The translations under genes and the position numbers were made by a program. A stretch of DNA of 53,773 bases from assembly GCA_913020725.1 (NCBI GenBank), contig CAJWCD010000006.1, positions 1-53,773 on the forward strand, written 5' to 3'. Each line of letters starts with the position of its first letter. Position 1 is the first letter of the stretch. Shown here in pieces: positions 8,164 through 17,797 of this stretch. The notes beneath the pieces are model-generated. The model worked only from the letters and a program-made list of their open reading frames with translations, searched no databases and was not told where the DNA came from. The DNA is from an uncultured Pseudomonadota bacterium. Lineage in GTDB: Bacteria; SAR324; NAC60-12.

Positions 8164-9360
8164 TCAACCAGCACCGCGCAAACGCTGGAAGCCCTCGGCA
8201 AGGTCGTCCTTGAGATCTGAGACCGATTCCAGCCCAACGTGCAAGCGCACCAGCGGCCCCTCGAAATTCCATGGGGAGGCGGTGCGGATGCTGCGGACGT
8301 TAGTGGGCACGATGAGGCTTTCGTAGCCGCCCCACGAATAACCCATGTGGAAAATCTGCATACCGTCCAGCATGGCCGCGATGGCGTTTTCCGAGCAAGG
8401 CTCCAGTTCGATGCCGAACAATCCGGAGGCCCCAAGGAAGTCGCGCTTCCAGAGCGCGTAGCCGGGGGTGTCCGGAAGTGCCGGGTGCAGCACCTGCCGC
8501 ACTTCGGGACGTGAACGCAGCCATTCACCGATCTCCAACCCGTTGCGGTAGTGCTGCTGCAAGCGCACCGAGAGTGTGCGGAATCCGCGTTGTGCAAGGT
8601 AGAGGTCGTCCGGACCCGCGCACTGCCCCATGTCCCAAGTGGCCTCGCTCAGGGCGGGCCAGCATTCGCGAGTGGCCGTGGCCGTGCCGAGCATTGCATC
8701 CGAATGCCCGACAATGTATTTCGTGCCCGCCTGAATGGAAACGTCCACCCCATGTGCAAAGGGTTTGAAGAAGAGCGGGGAGGCCCAGGTGTTGTCCATC
8801 AGCACCTTTGCACCGTGCGTGTGGGAGACCTCGGCAATGGCAGGAATGTCCTGCACCTCAAAGGTGTGCGAACCGGGGGCTTCGGTGAAAACCACTGCGG
8901 TGTTGGGTCGTAGTAGTTCCTGGATTCCAGAACCAATTTGCGGATCGTAGTAGTTCGTTTCCACGCCGAAGCGCTTGAGGGTTTGATTGCAGAAACGACG
9001 GGTGGGGGCGTACACGCTGTCCGTCATGAGCAGGTGGTCCCCGGACTTGAGAAAGGCGAACAACGTGCCTGCGATGGCCGCGAGTCCAGAGGGGTAGGCG
9101 AGGGTCCGGTAGCCGCCTTCGAGTTCGGCGACTGCGTTTTCCAATGCCCACGAGGTCGGGGTGCCCCGGCGTCCGTAGGCCATGATCTGGTCTCCATCGT
9201 CCTCGCGATTCGAGCGGGCTTTCAGTTCTGCAACCGATTTCGAGATGATGGTGGAAACATGGTAGACTGGAGGGTTGACGGCCCCGGCATAGTTCTTGAG
9301 GTCGCGTCCGGCGGTGACGACGCGGGTTTCTTCACCAAAGGGTTTTTCAGGATTGGTCAT
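8164..9360 (-). CDS. metC: Cystathionine beta-lyase
   Basis: VNPPVYHVST, YGRRGTPT, MDNTWASP, AGTKYIVGHSD (PLP lysine), GYSWGGYESL. Confidence 0.93.
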   Translation of the reverse strand: MTNPEKPFGEETRVVTAGRDLKNYAGAVNPPVYHVSTIISKSVAELKARSNREDDGDQIMAYGRRGTPTSWALENAVAELEGGYRTLAYPSGLAAIAGTLFAFLKSGDHLLMTDSVYAPTRRFCNQTLKRFGVETNYYDPQIGSGIQELLRPNTAVVFTEAPGSHTFEVQDIPAIAEVSHTHGAKVLMDNTWASPLFFKPFAHGVDVSIQAGTKYIVGHSDAMLGTATATRECWPALSEATWDMGQCAGPDDLYLAQRGFRTLSVRLQQHYRNGLEIGEWLRSRPEVRQVLHPALPDTPGYALWKRDFLGASGLFGIELEPCSENAIAAMLDGMQIFHMGYSWGGYESLIVPTNVRSIRTASPWNFEGPLVRLHVGLESVSDLKDDLAEGFQRLRGAG

Positions 9361-9760
9361 CCGAGGTGATGGTGCAAGTGGTGTCAATGCCGCCACGGGT
9401 GGCGTAGCGGGTGCGCACGATGAGCGATTCCGGATCGAGCAGAGCGTACAGATCTTGGTACATCCGGGCGGTTACGGCTTCTTGGAAGATACCGACGTTG
9501 CGGAAGGACATCAGGTAGTACTTGAGCGCCTTGAGTTCCACGAGCTTGGCCTTGGGGGTGTACTTGACCCAAACCGTTCCGGTGTCCGGAAGTCCGGAAA
9601 ACGGACAGAGTGCGGCAAACTCGTCAGTGCGGTATTTGATCCGTTGGCGCGGACCTTCGTAAGCAAAGGATTCAAGGAAATCGGCGCGGATCGAGGACTC
9701 GTCCTCCATCGGAAAAACGCGCCCTTCGGCATATTCGGTGCTGGAAACGTCAGCAGGCAT
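9347..9760 (-). CDS. queF: NADPH-dependent preQ0 reductase, unimodular type
   Basis: EFAALCPFSGLPD, VELKALKYYLMSFRNVGIFQE, RGGI. Start taken at the ATG at 9760. Confidence 0.92.
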   Translation of the reverse strand: MPADVSSTEYAEGRVFPMEDESSIRADFLESFAYEGPRQRIKYRTDEFAALCPFSGLPDTGTVWVKYTPKAKLVELKALKYYLMSFRNVGIFQEAVTARMYQDLYALLDPESLIVRTRYATRGGIDTTCTITSDDQS

Positions 9761-9830
9761 GAGTCGTGATTGTCGAAAATAACTGTATGATGATGGTGGC
9801 GATGCAAAATGCACTGCTTGTCTTCGTCTA

Positions 9831-9853
9831 TCCTTCGACAAGCTCAGGACGAA
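9831..9853. repeat. Single REP-like unit TCCTTCGACAAGCTCAGGACGAA
   Basis: Identical 23-mer recurs at 51874-51896. Confidence 0.8.
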
Positions 9854-9889
9854 TGGAGTAGGGAACCGCCCTTCCGGGGCAGAGACACA

Positions 9890-10486
9890 ATGACTGACCA
9901 AGAACTCGAACAGGCGCTCGAAGCCCTGCTGTTTTCCTCCTCCAAGCCGCTCTCGCCCAAGCTGCTCAGCGAGTGGCTTCCGGAAACAACTCCGGCCCGA
10001 GTGCGGGATGCCGCAGTGCGGCTCAATCGCTTTTATGAGGAATCCTCGCGAGCCTTCCGCCTTGAGCAAGTCGCGGACGGTCTGCAACTCCGCACGCTTC
10101 CGGAACTGCGCCCGTGGGTGCAGAAGCTGGAGACGGTGAAAACCATCCGGCTCTCGATGCCGATGATGGAAACGCTGGCGATCGTAGCCTACAAGCAACC
10201 AGTCACCCGTGCAAGCGTTGAGTTCATTCGGGGAGTGGATTGCTCACACATCTTGCGCACCCTGCTGCAACGTAAGCTCGTCCGTGTGATTGGGCGTGAG
10301 CTGCTGCCCGGACGCCCCAGTCTTTACGGGACGAGCAAGACCTTCCTCGAAGTCTTTGGGCTCACCCACCTCAAGAACCTGCCTCTGCTCGCAGAACTCG
10401 ACCTTGACAAGGACGAGGACGGCAATCAACTCGAATTACCACTGGACTCGGACTCCTCTGCCGAGGCCTCGTCCGCTCCGGATTGA
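9890..10486 (+). CDS. scpB: SMC-Scp complex subunit ScpB
   Basis: LEALLF, LEQVADGLQLRT, METLAIVAYKQPVTRA..IRGV, PGRPSLYGTSKTFL..FGL..L. Confidence 0.95.
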   Translation: MTDQELEQALEALLFSSSKPLSPKLLSEWLPETTPARVRDAAVRLNRFYEESSRAFRLEQVADGLQLRTLPELRPWVQKLETVKTIRLSMPMMETLAIVAYKQPVTRASVEFIRGVDCSHILRTLLQRKLVRVIGRELLPGRPSLYGTSKTFLEVFGLTHLKNLPLLAELDLDKDEDGNQLELPLDSDSSAEASSAPD

Positions 10487-10890
10487 ATCTGGTTCCACCA
10501 GTTTGCCACCCACGCCAAAGCGACGTAATACGCGCAAAGCAGGGCGAGGTAAACGTAGGTGTCGTATGGAATGGCAACGCCCGCGATTTGCTGGTGGAGG
10601 CGGTGCTGGTGTTGGGCGTACTCCGCTTCCGGAATTCGTTTCCTGATCGCGTCAATGAGGCTGCTGCGGAGGTAGAACGGTTGCTTGCGCAACTCGTGCA
10701 AGGGGCCGATCACCGTCTCAGGAAGCTCCTGTCTGTGCAGGTTCCAGAGTCCGGGTCCCGTGAGTTCGTAACGCCCAAACAGTGTGCCCATGCTCTCATT
10801 GAGCAGAATCGTGGGCAGGATCACCAGAAACAACGCGACTGCCGCATTCCGAATGTCGTCCCAACTTAGCCACTGCTTTGAATCCATCAT
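10426..10890 (-). CDS. Hypothetical protein with two TM segments
   Basis: 154-aa ORF with hydrophobic N- and C-terminal helices; overlaps the scpB 3' end convergently by about 60 bp. Confidence 0.6.
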   Translation of the reverse strand: MMDSKQWLSWDDIRNAAVALFLVILPTILLNESMGTLFGRYELTGPGLWNLHRQELPETVIGPLHELRKQPFYLRSSLIDAIRKRIPEAEYAQHQHRLHQQIAGVAIPYDTYVYLALLCAYYVALAWVANWWNQIQSGADEASAEESESSGNSS

Positions 10891-11023
10891 GCAAATAGCT
10901 TAGCAGATCTGGGGCAATCTTCAATCCGGGAGCCACTACTCGCCAGTTTTTTTGCTGGCACATTCCCGTCAGACCAGCAAGAGTGTGCAGATGATCAACT
11001 GGATTCGCTAGCGAAACATTCCC

Positions 11024-11464
11024 ATGTCCAAGCACAGACCGTCCCGTGATGCCGTGAAGGCCGCCCAGCGTCGGCAACAAACCCGTTGGTTGATTTCCAT
11101 CACCAGCGTCCTCATCCTGCTGGTCGCCGGTTGGCTGTGGTGGGACACGGAAGTCGAAGACACCAATCTTGCCGCCATCGGTCAGGGTGAAAACGTCATC
11201 GTACAGGTTCACGACCCCGGCTGAGCGACCTGCCGCACACTCAAGCGAGTGGTCCACTCGCTCCAGCCCGAATTCACGGGCAAGATTCGGTTTCTGATCG
11301 CCGACATCACCTCTCGGGAAGGCCGAGCTTTCACCCAAGTTCACAACGTGAGTAACGTCACCCTGATCTTCTTCAGTCCGGATGGCACTCGCCTCGCCAC
11401 CCTCACCGGACTTCAGGAGCCAGACTACCTGCGCCGCGCCTTCACCCGCGCCTTCAAGCTTTAG
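11024..11464 (+). CDS. Membrane-anchored thioredoxin-fold protein with a UxxC motif; candidate selenoprotein (in-frame TGA at 11222-11224)
   Basis: ORFs 11024-11224 and 11249-11464 are in the same frame. Readthrough gives VIVQVHDPG-U-ATC-RTLKRVVHSLQPEFTGKIRFLIADI...VTLIFFSPDG, a Trx-fold pattern. A hairpin follows the TGA. Confidence 0.8.
11244..11262 (+). promoter_or_regulatory. Candidate bacterial SECIS hairpin
   Basis: AGCGAGTG-GTC-CACTCGCT perfect stem. GGUC at the apex about 27 nt after the UGA, like the GGUC apex of the E. coli fdhF SECIS. Confidence 0.65.
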
Positions 11465-11492
11465 CTTATTGCAGGTGGAAGGCCGTCACGCC

Positions 11493-12680
11493 GTGAATCT
11501 GCTCAAAATCACGGTCGCAGATTTCATTGTCCGCACCGGGTATCAGATGGGCAAAACGCCGCTGCTGCCACTCTTTGCCGCAAGCTTGGGGGCGGGAGAT
11601 GCCTTGCTTGGCGTGATTGTTTCGGTGTCCACCCTGACCGGGATGCTCCTCAAACCGCTGGTCGGGGTGCTTTCTGATCGCTGGGGACGCCGGGTTTGGC
11701 TGCTGGGAGGTGCGGGGCTTTTCGCAGGAATCCCGTTTCTTTATCAATTCATCCAGTCTCCGGAATCTCTGCTTGCTCTGCGGTTGGTGCATGGGCTCGC
11801 GACGGCGATCTTCGGTCCTGTCACGCTGGCACTTGTTGCAGAACAAGCCACACAAGGATCCGCCGAAAAGCTCGGCTGGTTTGGCATGGCCCGCATCGGC
11901 GGTTACTTGCTTGGCCCTTTGCTCGCAGCAGGCTTGCTCACACTCATGCCACCCGTGGAGGTTTTCACCCTGATCGGCGCACTGAGTTGCCTCGCCTTTG
12001 CCCCTCTGTTGCTGCTTAATTTCCAAAAAACGCAACCCAGCAAACGCCCGCCGATTCATACGCAAATCGTGCAGGCGCTTCAGGCCGGAATGCGCTGTCC
12101 TGAACTCTGGGTGGCGGGGGGCTTGGAAACGGTGGTGTACCTCGCACTCTACGCACTCAAGGCATTCCTGCCGCTTTACGCGCTTGCGAAGGGTGTTGAT
12201 ATTGTGACGGTTGGGGCGTTCTTCTCGCTTCAGGAACTGACCCATCTGCTCTGCCGTCCACTCGGAGGGCGTTTGGGCGACCGTTGGGGCTACCTCCCTG
12301 TCATCGCCTGCGGGATGCTGCTGGGGGCACTCGCTCTGGCCCTGCTGCCCGGTAGCGAAGGCGCAGTGGGTTTACTTGCCTTGGCCGTTCTCATCGGCCT
12401 CGCCCAAGCCCTGATCTTCCCCACAACGCTGGCACTATTCGGTTCGCGCATCCCCCCTCAGCACCTCGGTGCGGGCATGGGTCTGATTGGGACGATGAAA
12501 AACACAGGCAAGGTCATCGGCCCTGTGTTGGGTGGACTGCTGGTCCACTGGCAAGATTTCTCGTGGATGCTCTGGACGATGGCGGGCCTGCTTGTGCTGG
12601 GAGCGGTTGGCATCTGGCAGTTTGTCCCGCGCCACGCCCTGCTCAGCCAAGATCTGTTCCCGGAAGGTTCCGGGGATTGA
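11493..12680 (+). CDS. MFS transporter
   Basis: About 12 TM helices; GVLSDRWGRR and GRLGDRWG motifs. GTG start inferred. Confidence 0.9.
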   Translation: MNLLKITVADFIVRTGYQMGKTPLLPLFAASLGAGDALLGVIVSVSTLTGMLLKPLVGVLSDRWGRRVWLLGGAGLFAGIPFLYQFIQSPESLLALRLVHGLATAIFGPVTLALVAEQATQGSAEKLGWFGMARIGGYLLGPLLAAGLLTLMPPVEVFTLIGALSCLAFAPLLLLNFQKTQPSKRPPIHTQIVQALQAGMRCPELWVAGGLETVVYLALYALKAFLPLYALAKGVDIVTVGAFFSLQELTHLLCRPLGGRLGDRWGYLPVIACGMLLGALALALLPGSEGAVGLLALAVLIGLAQALIFPTTLALFGSRIPPQHLGAGMGLIGTMKNTGKVIGPVLGGLLVHWQDFSWMLWTMAGLLVLGAVGIWQFVPRHALLSQDLFPEGSGD

Positions 12681-12727
12681 GAATGTGAGGCAGGGAATCA
12701 CAATTGCATCAGTGAACAGGATACGCC

Positions 12728-13837
12728 GTGTACCGCACTGGAACGGACACCATGCCCTGCCCACACCTACTGAAGTTTTTCCAAAAAAATCACCACCGAT
12801 CCCACGTCTGGTGTGTGCTTTCCCGTTGGCAACTCTGGGGGGTGTCCGCAATGGTTGCCGGACTGCTGGGAATCGCGCCGGTGTCCGCAGAACCAGCACG
12901 GAGCGACGACGCGGCGGTGAATCCGGACATGGGCAGCCGCTACCGCATCCTCCAGCAGCGCGAGCATTTCACCTGTCGGCTCAAAACCGTCGAGTTTGTC
13001 TCACGGCGCGGAGCGATCTTCATGCGGCTCCAGATTGACAACCCCAACCGCCGTATTCAACACTGCACGCCTCCGGGCAAGGACATCCCCTTGGTGTACG
13101 ACCGTGGGGATTTCACGCACCGCGAGGGCATGCTTTCCCGGCACCTTTTCCTCGTGGGCGGCGTGCGGGTGGAGCCAGAACTGGGGAGTCCTTGGCGCAA
13201 GGTCCGGCTACAGTTGTACTTCTCCTACTTCCAGTACACCAACACTTACACGCTTGAGTTGGAGGGAGAGATTGCCAGCGTCCTGCATCGGCACCTGCGG
13301 ACGCGCCCCGTTTTACCCGCAAACATCACGGAGGTGTCCGAGCCGCGTCTGAACACCAGCAAGTTTCAGGGCTATCGGGATTTGCTCTGGGGCATGCAGC
13401 GTCCGCAACTGGAGCCAGTGTTGAACCGCATCTGCGACACCTATCTTGCAGAAACGGAGGTGATTGTCGCCGATGGCTGCTACCGCATCGCCGGTATCAA
13501 GCGCAGCCTGCTGCTGCATTTGGATGAGGACACCGCAGGACTTGCGGCGGTGGCGGTGCGCATGGGCAGCTTCAGCCCGGATTTCTTCCAGAGCATCGAC
13601 GACACACTTTCCGGCAAGTACGGGTTCACGGCGGGGTTTGGCCGCGAGGAGGTGGACCACTTGGAACGCTATGCCGGACGGGAACTCTACCGCATCTACG
13701 GCGAGGGGACGGTCACACTGGTGCTGCACTCCGAAGGCGTCCACTCCCAAATGAGCGTGGTCTATCGCAACCTGCACCGCGCCCAAGCCTTCCTCGCCGA
13801 TCAGATCCGTCCCCGCGTTTCTCCCAACGATCTCTGA
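12728..13837 (+). CDS. Hypothetical protein, possibly exported; start uncertain
   Basis: Long ORF with host-like codon usage and a signal-like segment (MVAGLLGIAPVSA). No family recognised. Confidence 0.6.
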   Translation: MYRTGTDTMPCPHLLKFFQKNHHRSHVWCVLSRWQLWGVSAMVAGLLGIAPVSAEPARSDDAAVNPDMGSRYRILQQREHFTCRLKTVEFVSRRGAIFMRLQIDNPNRRIQHCTPPGKDIPLVYDRGDFTHREGMLSRHLFLVGGVRVEPELGSPWRKVRLQLYFSYFQYTNTYTLELEGEIASVLHRHLRTRPVLPANITEVSEPRLNTSKFQGYRDLLWGMQRPQLEPVLNRICDTYLAETEVIVADGCYRIAGIKRSLLLHLDEDTAGLAAVAVRMGSFSPDFFQSIDDTLSGKYGFTAGFGREEVDHLERYAGRELYRIYGEGTVTLVLHSEGVHSQMSVVYRNLHRAQAFLADQIRPRVSPNDL

Positions 13838-13843
13838 ACGAGG

Positions 13844-15217
13844 TCAGTTCACGCCAAAATGCTGGGCCGCATCGTCGAGCGCCTTGCCAAGGCGGTCCAT
13901 GAACTGATCAATCTCAGCCTCGCTGATGATGAGTGGCGGGCAGCAGCCCACAATGTCGCCGGGCAGGGGCCGCACGATGAGGCCGTGTTCCTGTGCACGT
14001 TTGGCGACAAAGGCCGCGACTTTCTTGGACGCTTCAAAGGATTGCTTGGAGGCTTTGTCCTCAACAATTTCCAAGCCGCCAATCAGCCCCACGCAACGGT
14101 GGTGCCCCACCAGCGGATGATTGCCCAATTCCGACAAGCCTGCCTTCAACTTCGGATGGAGTTCTCGGACTCGTGCGACGATGTCCCGTTCCTCATAAAT
14201 CTTCAGCGTCTCCAAAGCAACCGCCGCAGGAACGGGGTGTCCGGAATAGGTGTACCCGTGCCCAAACAGTCCCAGTTTGCCACTCTGCTCACTGAGCGCG
14301 TCAAACACCTGTTCGGACACCATCAACCCGGAAATCGGCAGATACGCGGCTGAAAGCTGTTTAGCGACGGTCATCATGTCCGGAGTGATATTGTAGGTCT
14401 GCGAGCCGAACATGTTGCCCGTGCGGCCAAAACCGCAGATCACCTCGTCCGCGATGAACAACACGTCGTGCTTCTTGAGGACAGACTGGATTTTCTCGAA
14501 GTAGGTTGCGGGCGGTACGATCACGCCCCCGGCCCCCTGAATGGGTTCGGCGATGAAGGCGGCGACGGTTTCCGGGCCTTCTGCGATGATGAGTTGGTCG
14601 AGATTGTCCGCCATCCGTGTGGCAAAGTCCTCCTCGCTCTCACCCGGATTTGCGTAGCGGTAGTGGTGGGGGCAGTCCGTGTGCCGGAAGCGGTCCACAG
14701 GCAAGTCAAAGCCGTCCTGCGCGTAGCTGAGTCCGGTCAGCGATCCTGCAACCACCGTCACGCCGTGGTAGCCGCGTTGGCGGGCGATGATCTTCTTCTT
14801 CTCCGGACGCCCCAGTGTATTGTTGTAGTACCAGACGATCTTGACCGCAGTGTCGTTCGATTCCGAACCGGAGTTCGCAAAAATGACCCGGCTCAGGGGT
14901 GACGGGGCCAGTTTGACGAGTCGTTCTGCCAGTTCTACCGTGACCGCCGGAATCTTGCCCGTGAAGCTGTGGTAGTAGGGCAGATCCTGCATCTGCTGGT
15001 ACGCGACCTTCGCCAAACGTTCCTCGCTGAAACCAAGGGAGCAGCACCAAAGTCCAGACAACCCTTCCAGGTACTCGCGTCCGTCCTCGTCATAGACATA
15101 GACGCCTTTGCCACGCTTGATGACGAGCGAGGGATTGGCTTCGCGTTGGGGCAGGTTGGTGAAGGGATTGAGGTAGTACTGGCGTTCGCGTTCGCGTGAA
15201 CTGAGACCTGAGTCCAT
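13844..15217 (-). CDS. Class III PLP aminotransferase (omega-amine/putrescine:pyruvate type)
   Basis: GLSGLWC, NSGSESNDT, GYHG, AFIAEPIQGAGG, FIADEVICGFGRTG, AKQLSA, HGYTYSGHP. GGAGG upstream of the ATG. Confidence 0.92.
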   Translation of the reverse strand: MDSGLSSRERERQYYLNPFTNLPQREANPSLVIKRGKGVYVYDEDGREYLEGLSGLWCCSLGFSEERLAKVAYQQMQDLPYYHSFTGKIPAVTVELAERLVKLAPSPLSRVIFANSGSESNDTAVKIVWYYNNTLGRPEKKKIIARQRGYHGVTVVAGSLTGLSYAQDGFDLPVDRFRHTDCPHHYRYANPGESEEDFATRMADNLDQLIIAEGPETVAAFIAEPIQGAGGVIVPPATYFEKIQSVLKKHDVLFIADEVICGFGRTGNMFGSQTYNITPDMMTVAKQLSAAYLPISGLMVSEQVFDALSEQSGKLGLFGHGYTYSGHPVPAAVALETLKIYEERDIVARVRELHPKLKAGLSELGNHPLVGHHRCVGLIGGLEIVEDKASKQSFEASKKVAAFVAKRAQEHGLIVRPLPGDIVGCCPPLIISEAEIDQFMDRLGKALDDAAQHFGVN

Positions 15218-15421
15218 TGGATCCTCCAAAAGTTAGGGTAGTAAAACACACACACAAACTCTCCCATGCCGCTCTTGGAAGCACAAGCCTGTAAATGCGG
15301 AAGGGGTCGAGAGGTCGAGAATGCTTCTCTTACCCCTTCGTGAGGCGGGTGAAAAATCCGGGCTTGCAGTCGTGGGGAATCCCTGCTAGAACCAAGTTGC
15401 TAACCCAAGCTGAAGGAAACA

Positions 15422-15712
15422 ATGCGCCGTAAAATCTGTCTCGTTGAAATGAAGCAGGTCGTCCTCCTCAAGAAGGAATTGTATGTGGAGGGCGAGCCGG
15501 AGGAAATCGAACGCTGGGTGCGTTCCAAGCAGTTTGACGAGGCCGCGCTGCAATGGCGCGAGACCATCGAGCATGTGGAGACGAGTCCTGCGGAAGCCGA
15601 TGTGCTGGAACTCCCGGAGGATGATGGATTCAACACTCTACGCTTCATCCAAAAACCCAACATCTATCGTCTCCAACCCTCCAAGGAAGGACACGTCAAA
15701 AATCAGCGTTAG
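15422..15712 (+). CDS. Small hypothetical protein
   Basis: 96-aa ORF with an AAGGA RBS, filling the gap between the aminotransferase and glyS. Confidence 0.6.
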   Translation: MRRKICLVEMKQVVLLKKELYVEGEPEEIERWVRSKQFDEAALQWRETIEHVETSPAEADVLELPEDDGFNTLRFIQKPNIYRLQPSKEGHVKNQR

Positions 15713-15715
15713 TCG

Positions 15716-17797
15716 TCACTCGCCGGGAAACACCAGTTCCCGCAAATCGAGGTGTCGCCGGGACCACGCTGCAAGCGACTGGCACAACCCCAGTCGGTTC
15801 TGCCGGATTTCCGGATGCTCGTCCATCACCAGAATCTCTGTGAAAAAACGAGTGATCGGCGCAGCAAGCTGCGCGAGCGTTGCCGTGAAACTTTCTGGCG
15901 TGGTGACGTGATCCGGAAGTGCAGCGACCACTGTGTGCAGGGCGTGTTCGGCTGCGCCCGTGAACCGTGCAGGGTTGACTGCAAACTCCGGAGGCAGCGG
16001 GTTTTTCTGGGATAAATTCACGGCCCGCAGCACCGCCTCCACCTGCAATTTGAACGACGGCTGACCCTGCACGGACTCCAAATGCTGCGCCATCCGCAAA
16101 TGCCCCAGCGGTTGCGTTTGCTCTCCTTTCAGCACGGCCTCCACCACATCGTGCGCCAAGCCTTGTTCCCGCAGTTGCCAGCGTTCTCGTTGCCGTAAAA
16201 ACTCCGCAAGTTGCTGGTGCAGCTTGGCAGTGTCGAGATCGAGCGTCTGCTGTTCGGTCAGCACCTCCACGGCAGCGGTGGCCAAATCCTGCGAACAAAG
16301 TTCAAGCTGGAGTCCGAGCAGCAGCTGCATCACCCCCTGTGCGGCCCGCCGCAGCGCGAACGGATCGGCGGACCCGGAAGGGATCATGCCGAGCGAGAAA
16401 GCAACCACAAGCTGATCGAGACGGTCCGCCAGCGCGACTGGTGCGGTTTCCGGATTTTTGGGAAGCGCGTCCCCGGCGTAACCCGGCAGGTAATGCTCCT
16501 GGATGCCCCGACAGACCACCTCCGGTTCCTCCAGCAAACGAGCGTAATGCCCGCCCATCACGCCCTGCAATTCCGGAAATTCATAGACTAGCTGGGTTTG
16601 CAGGTCGAACTTGCAGAGTTCTGCGATGCGCGAGGTGTGCTGGCGTTGTGCTGGAGAAAAATTCAGTTGCTCGGCAATCCGTTCCGCGAGTTGTTGGATG
16701 CGAACCCCGCGATCCTGCTGCGATCCCCGTCCTTGGAAAAAAACGGCCTGTCCGCCTTTCGCCAAAAAATGCTCCGGAGTGTGTTTACGGTCCTCGTTGA
16801 AGAAAAATTGCGCATCGCCCAAACGCGCCCGCAACACGCGCTCGTTGCCCTGCTGCACGGTTGCCAGTGAACGCTCGTCGCCGTTGCGCACCGTGACAAA
16901 ACGGTTCAGGAGTCGTGCTTGCTGGTTTGTGTCATAAACCGGAAAATAGCGTTGATGCACGGCCATTGACGTGACCAAGGCTTCCGGAGGCAGTTCAAGG
17001 AAGCGTTCGTCAAACTCGCCAACGAGCGCGGTGGGCCACTCGACCAGATTCGTGACCTCGTTCAGCAGGTCCTCCTCGGTTTCCACGCGGAAGCCTTGTA
17101 CGCCTTCCAATCCCCGGATTTGGTCAAGGATGCGCTGCTTGCGCTTCTCCGGATCCGCGACCACCTGCGCTTGCTCCAGTGCAGCTTCGTACTCCTTGGC
17201 GTGATTGAGGGTCACTGGAGTTTCGCAGAGGAAGCGGTGCCCCCGTGTTTCTCTGTCTGAATTCACATTCTCAACGGAAAGCGGCAACACGGTTTCGTTC
17301 CACAAAAAAACCAGCCAGCGCAACGGACGGATGAGGCGAGTTCGGTAACTGCCCCAGCGCATGTTTTTCGGGAAACTGAGTTGCTGAAGCCAGTTGGCGG
17401 CGACGTCCTGGAGCAAGGCTTCCGTGAGTTTTCCCGGCATCTTGCGTGACACAAACAGGTACGCCTTGCCGCCGATTTCACGGATTTCCGCCGTGCTGAG
17501 GTCAATGTCGTTTTTGCGAGCGAAGCCTTCCGCAGCCTTGGTCCATCCTCCCTCCGGGCTTTGCGCAATCGTCAAGGGTGGTCCTTTGAGGTCTTCCCTG
17601 CGATCAGGTTGCTGGTCCGGAAGGTTTTCCAGCAAGAGGGCCAGCCGCCGGGGGGTGGAAAAGCTCCGGACTTCCACCTTGCCCAGCGCGTGGTCCTCAC
17701 AAAACCGCAGAGCACCTTGGCGCAGTTGCTCGGCGGCGGGTTGGATCATCTGGGCCGGCATTTCCTCCAGCCCCATCTCAAGCAGACAGGTGTTCAT
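15716..17797 (-). CDS. glyS: Glycine-tRNA ligase beta subunit
   Basis: LLEMGLEEMP, TPRRLA, FPKNMRWG, EVTNLVEWP, NERVLRARLGDAQFF, EFPELQGVMG, GSADPFALRR. Confidence 0.96.
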   Translation of the reverse strand: MNTCLLEMGLEEMPAQMIQPAAEQLRQGALRFCEDHALGKVEVRSFSTPRRLALLLENLPDQQPDRREDLKGPPLTIAQSPEGGWTKAAEGFARKNDIDLSTAEIREIGGKAYLFVSRKMPGKLTEALLQDVAANWLQQLSFPKNMRWGSYRTRLIRPLRWLVFLWNETVLPLSVENVNSDRETRGHRFLCETPVTLNHAKEYEAALEQAQVVADPEKRKQRILDQIRGLEGVQGFRVETEEDLLNEVTNLVEWPTALVGEFDERFLELPPEALVTSMAVHQRYFPVYDTNQQARLLNRFVTVRNGDERSLATVQQGNERVLRARLGDAQFFFNEDRKHTPEHFLAKGGQAVFFQGRGSQQDRGVRIQQLAERIAEQLNFSPAQRQHTSRIAELCKFDLQTQLVYEFPELQGVMGGHYARLLEEPEVVCRGIQEHYLPGYAGDALPKNPETAPVALADRLDQLVVAFSLGMIPSGSADPFALRRAAQGVMQLLLGLQLELCSQDLATAAVEVLTEQQTLDLDTAKLHQQLAEFLRQRERWQLREQGLAHDVVEAVLKGEQTQPLGHLRMAQHLESVQGQPSFKLQVEAVLRAVNLSQKNPLPPEFAVNPARFTGAAEHALHTVVAALPDHVTTPESFTATLAQLAAPITRFFTEILVMDEHPEIRQNRLGLCQSLAAWSRRHLDLRELVFPGE

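Noticed and set aside
11024..11224. A 66-aa and a 71-aa protein as two separate genes
   Set aside because: Same frame, the TGA falls at the first position of a CxxC-like motif, and the Trx fold needs both halves.
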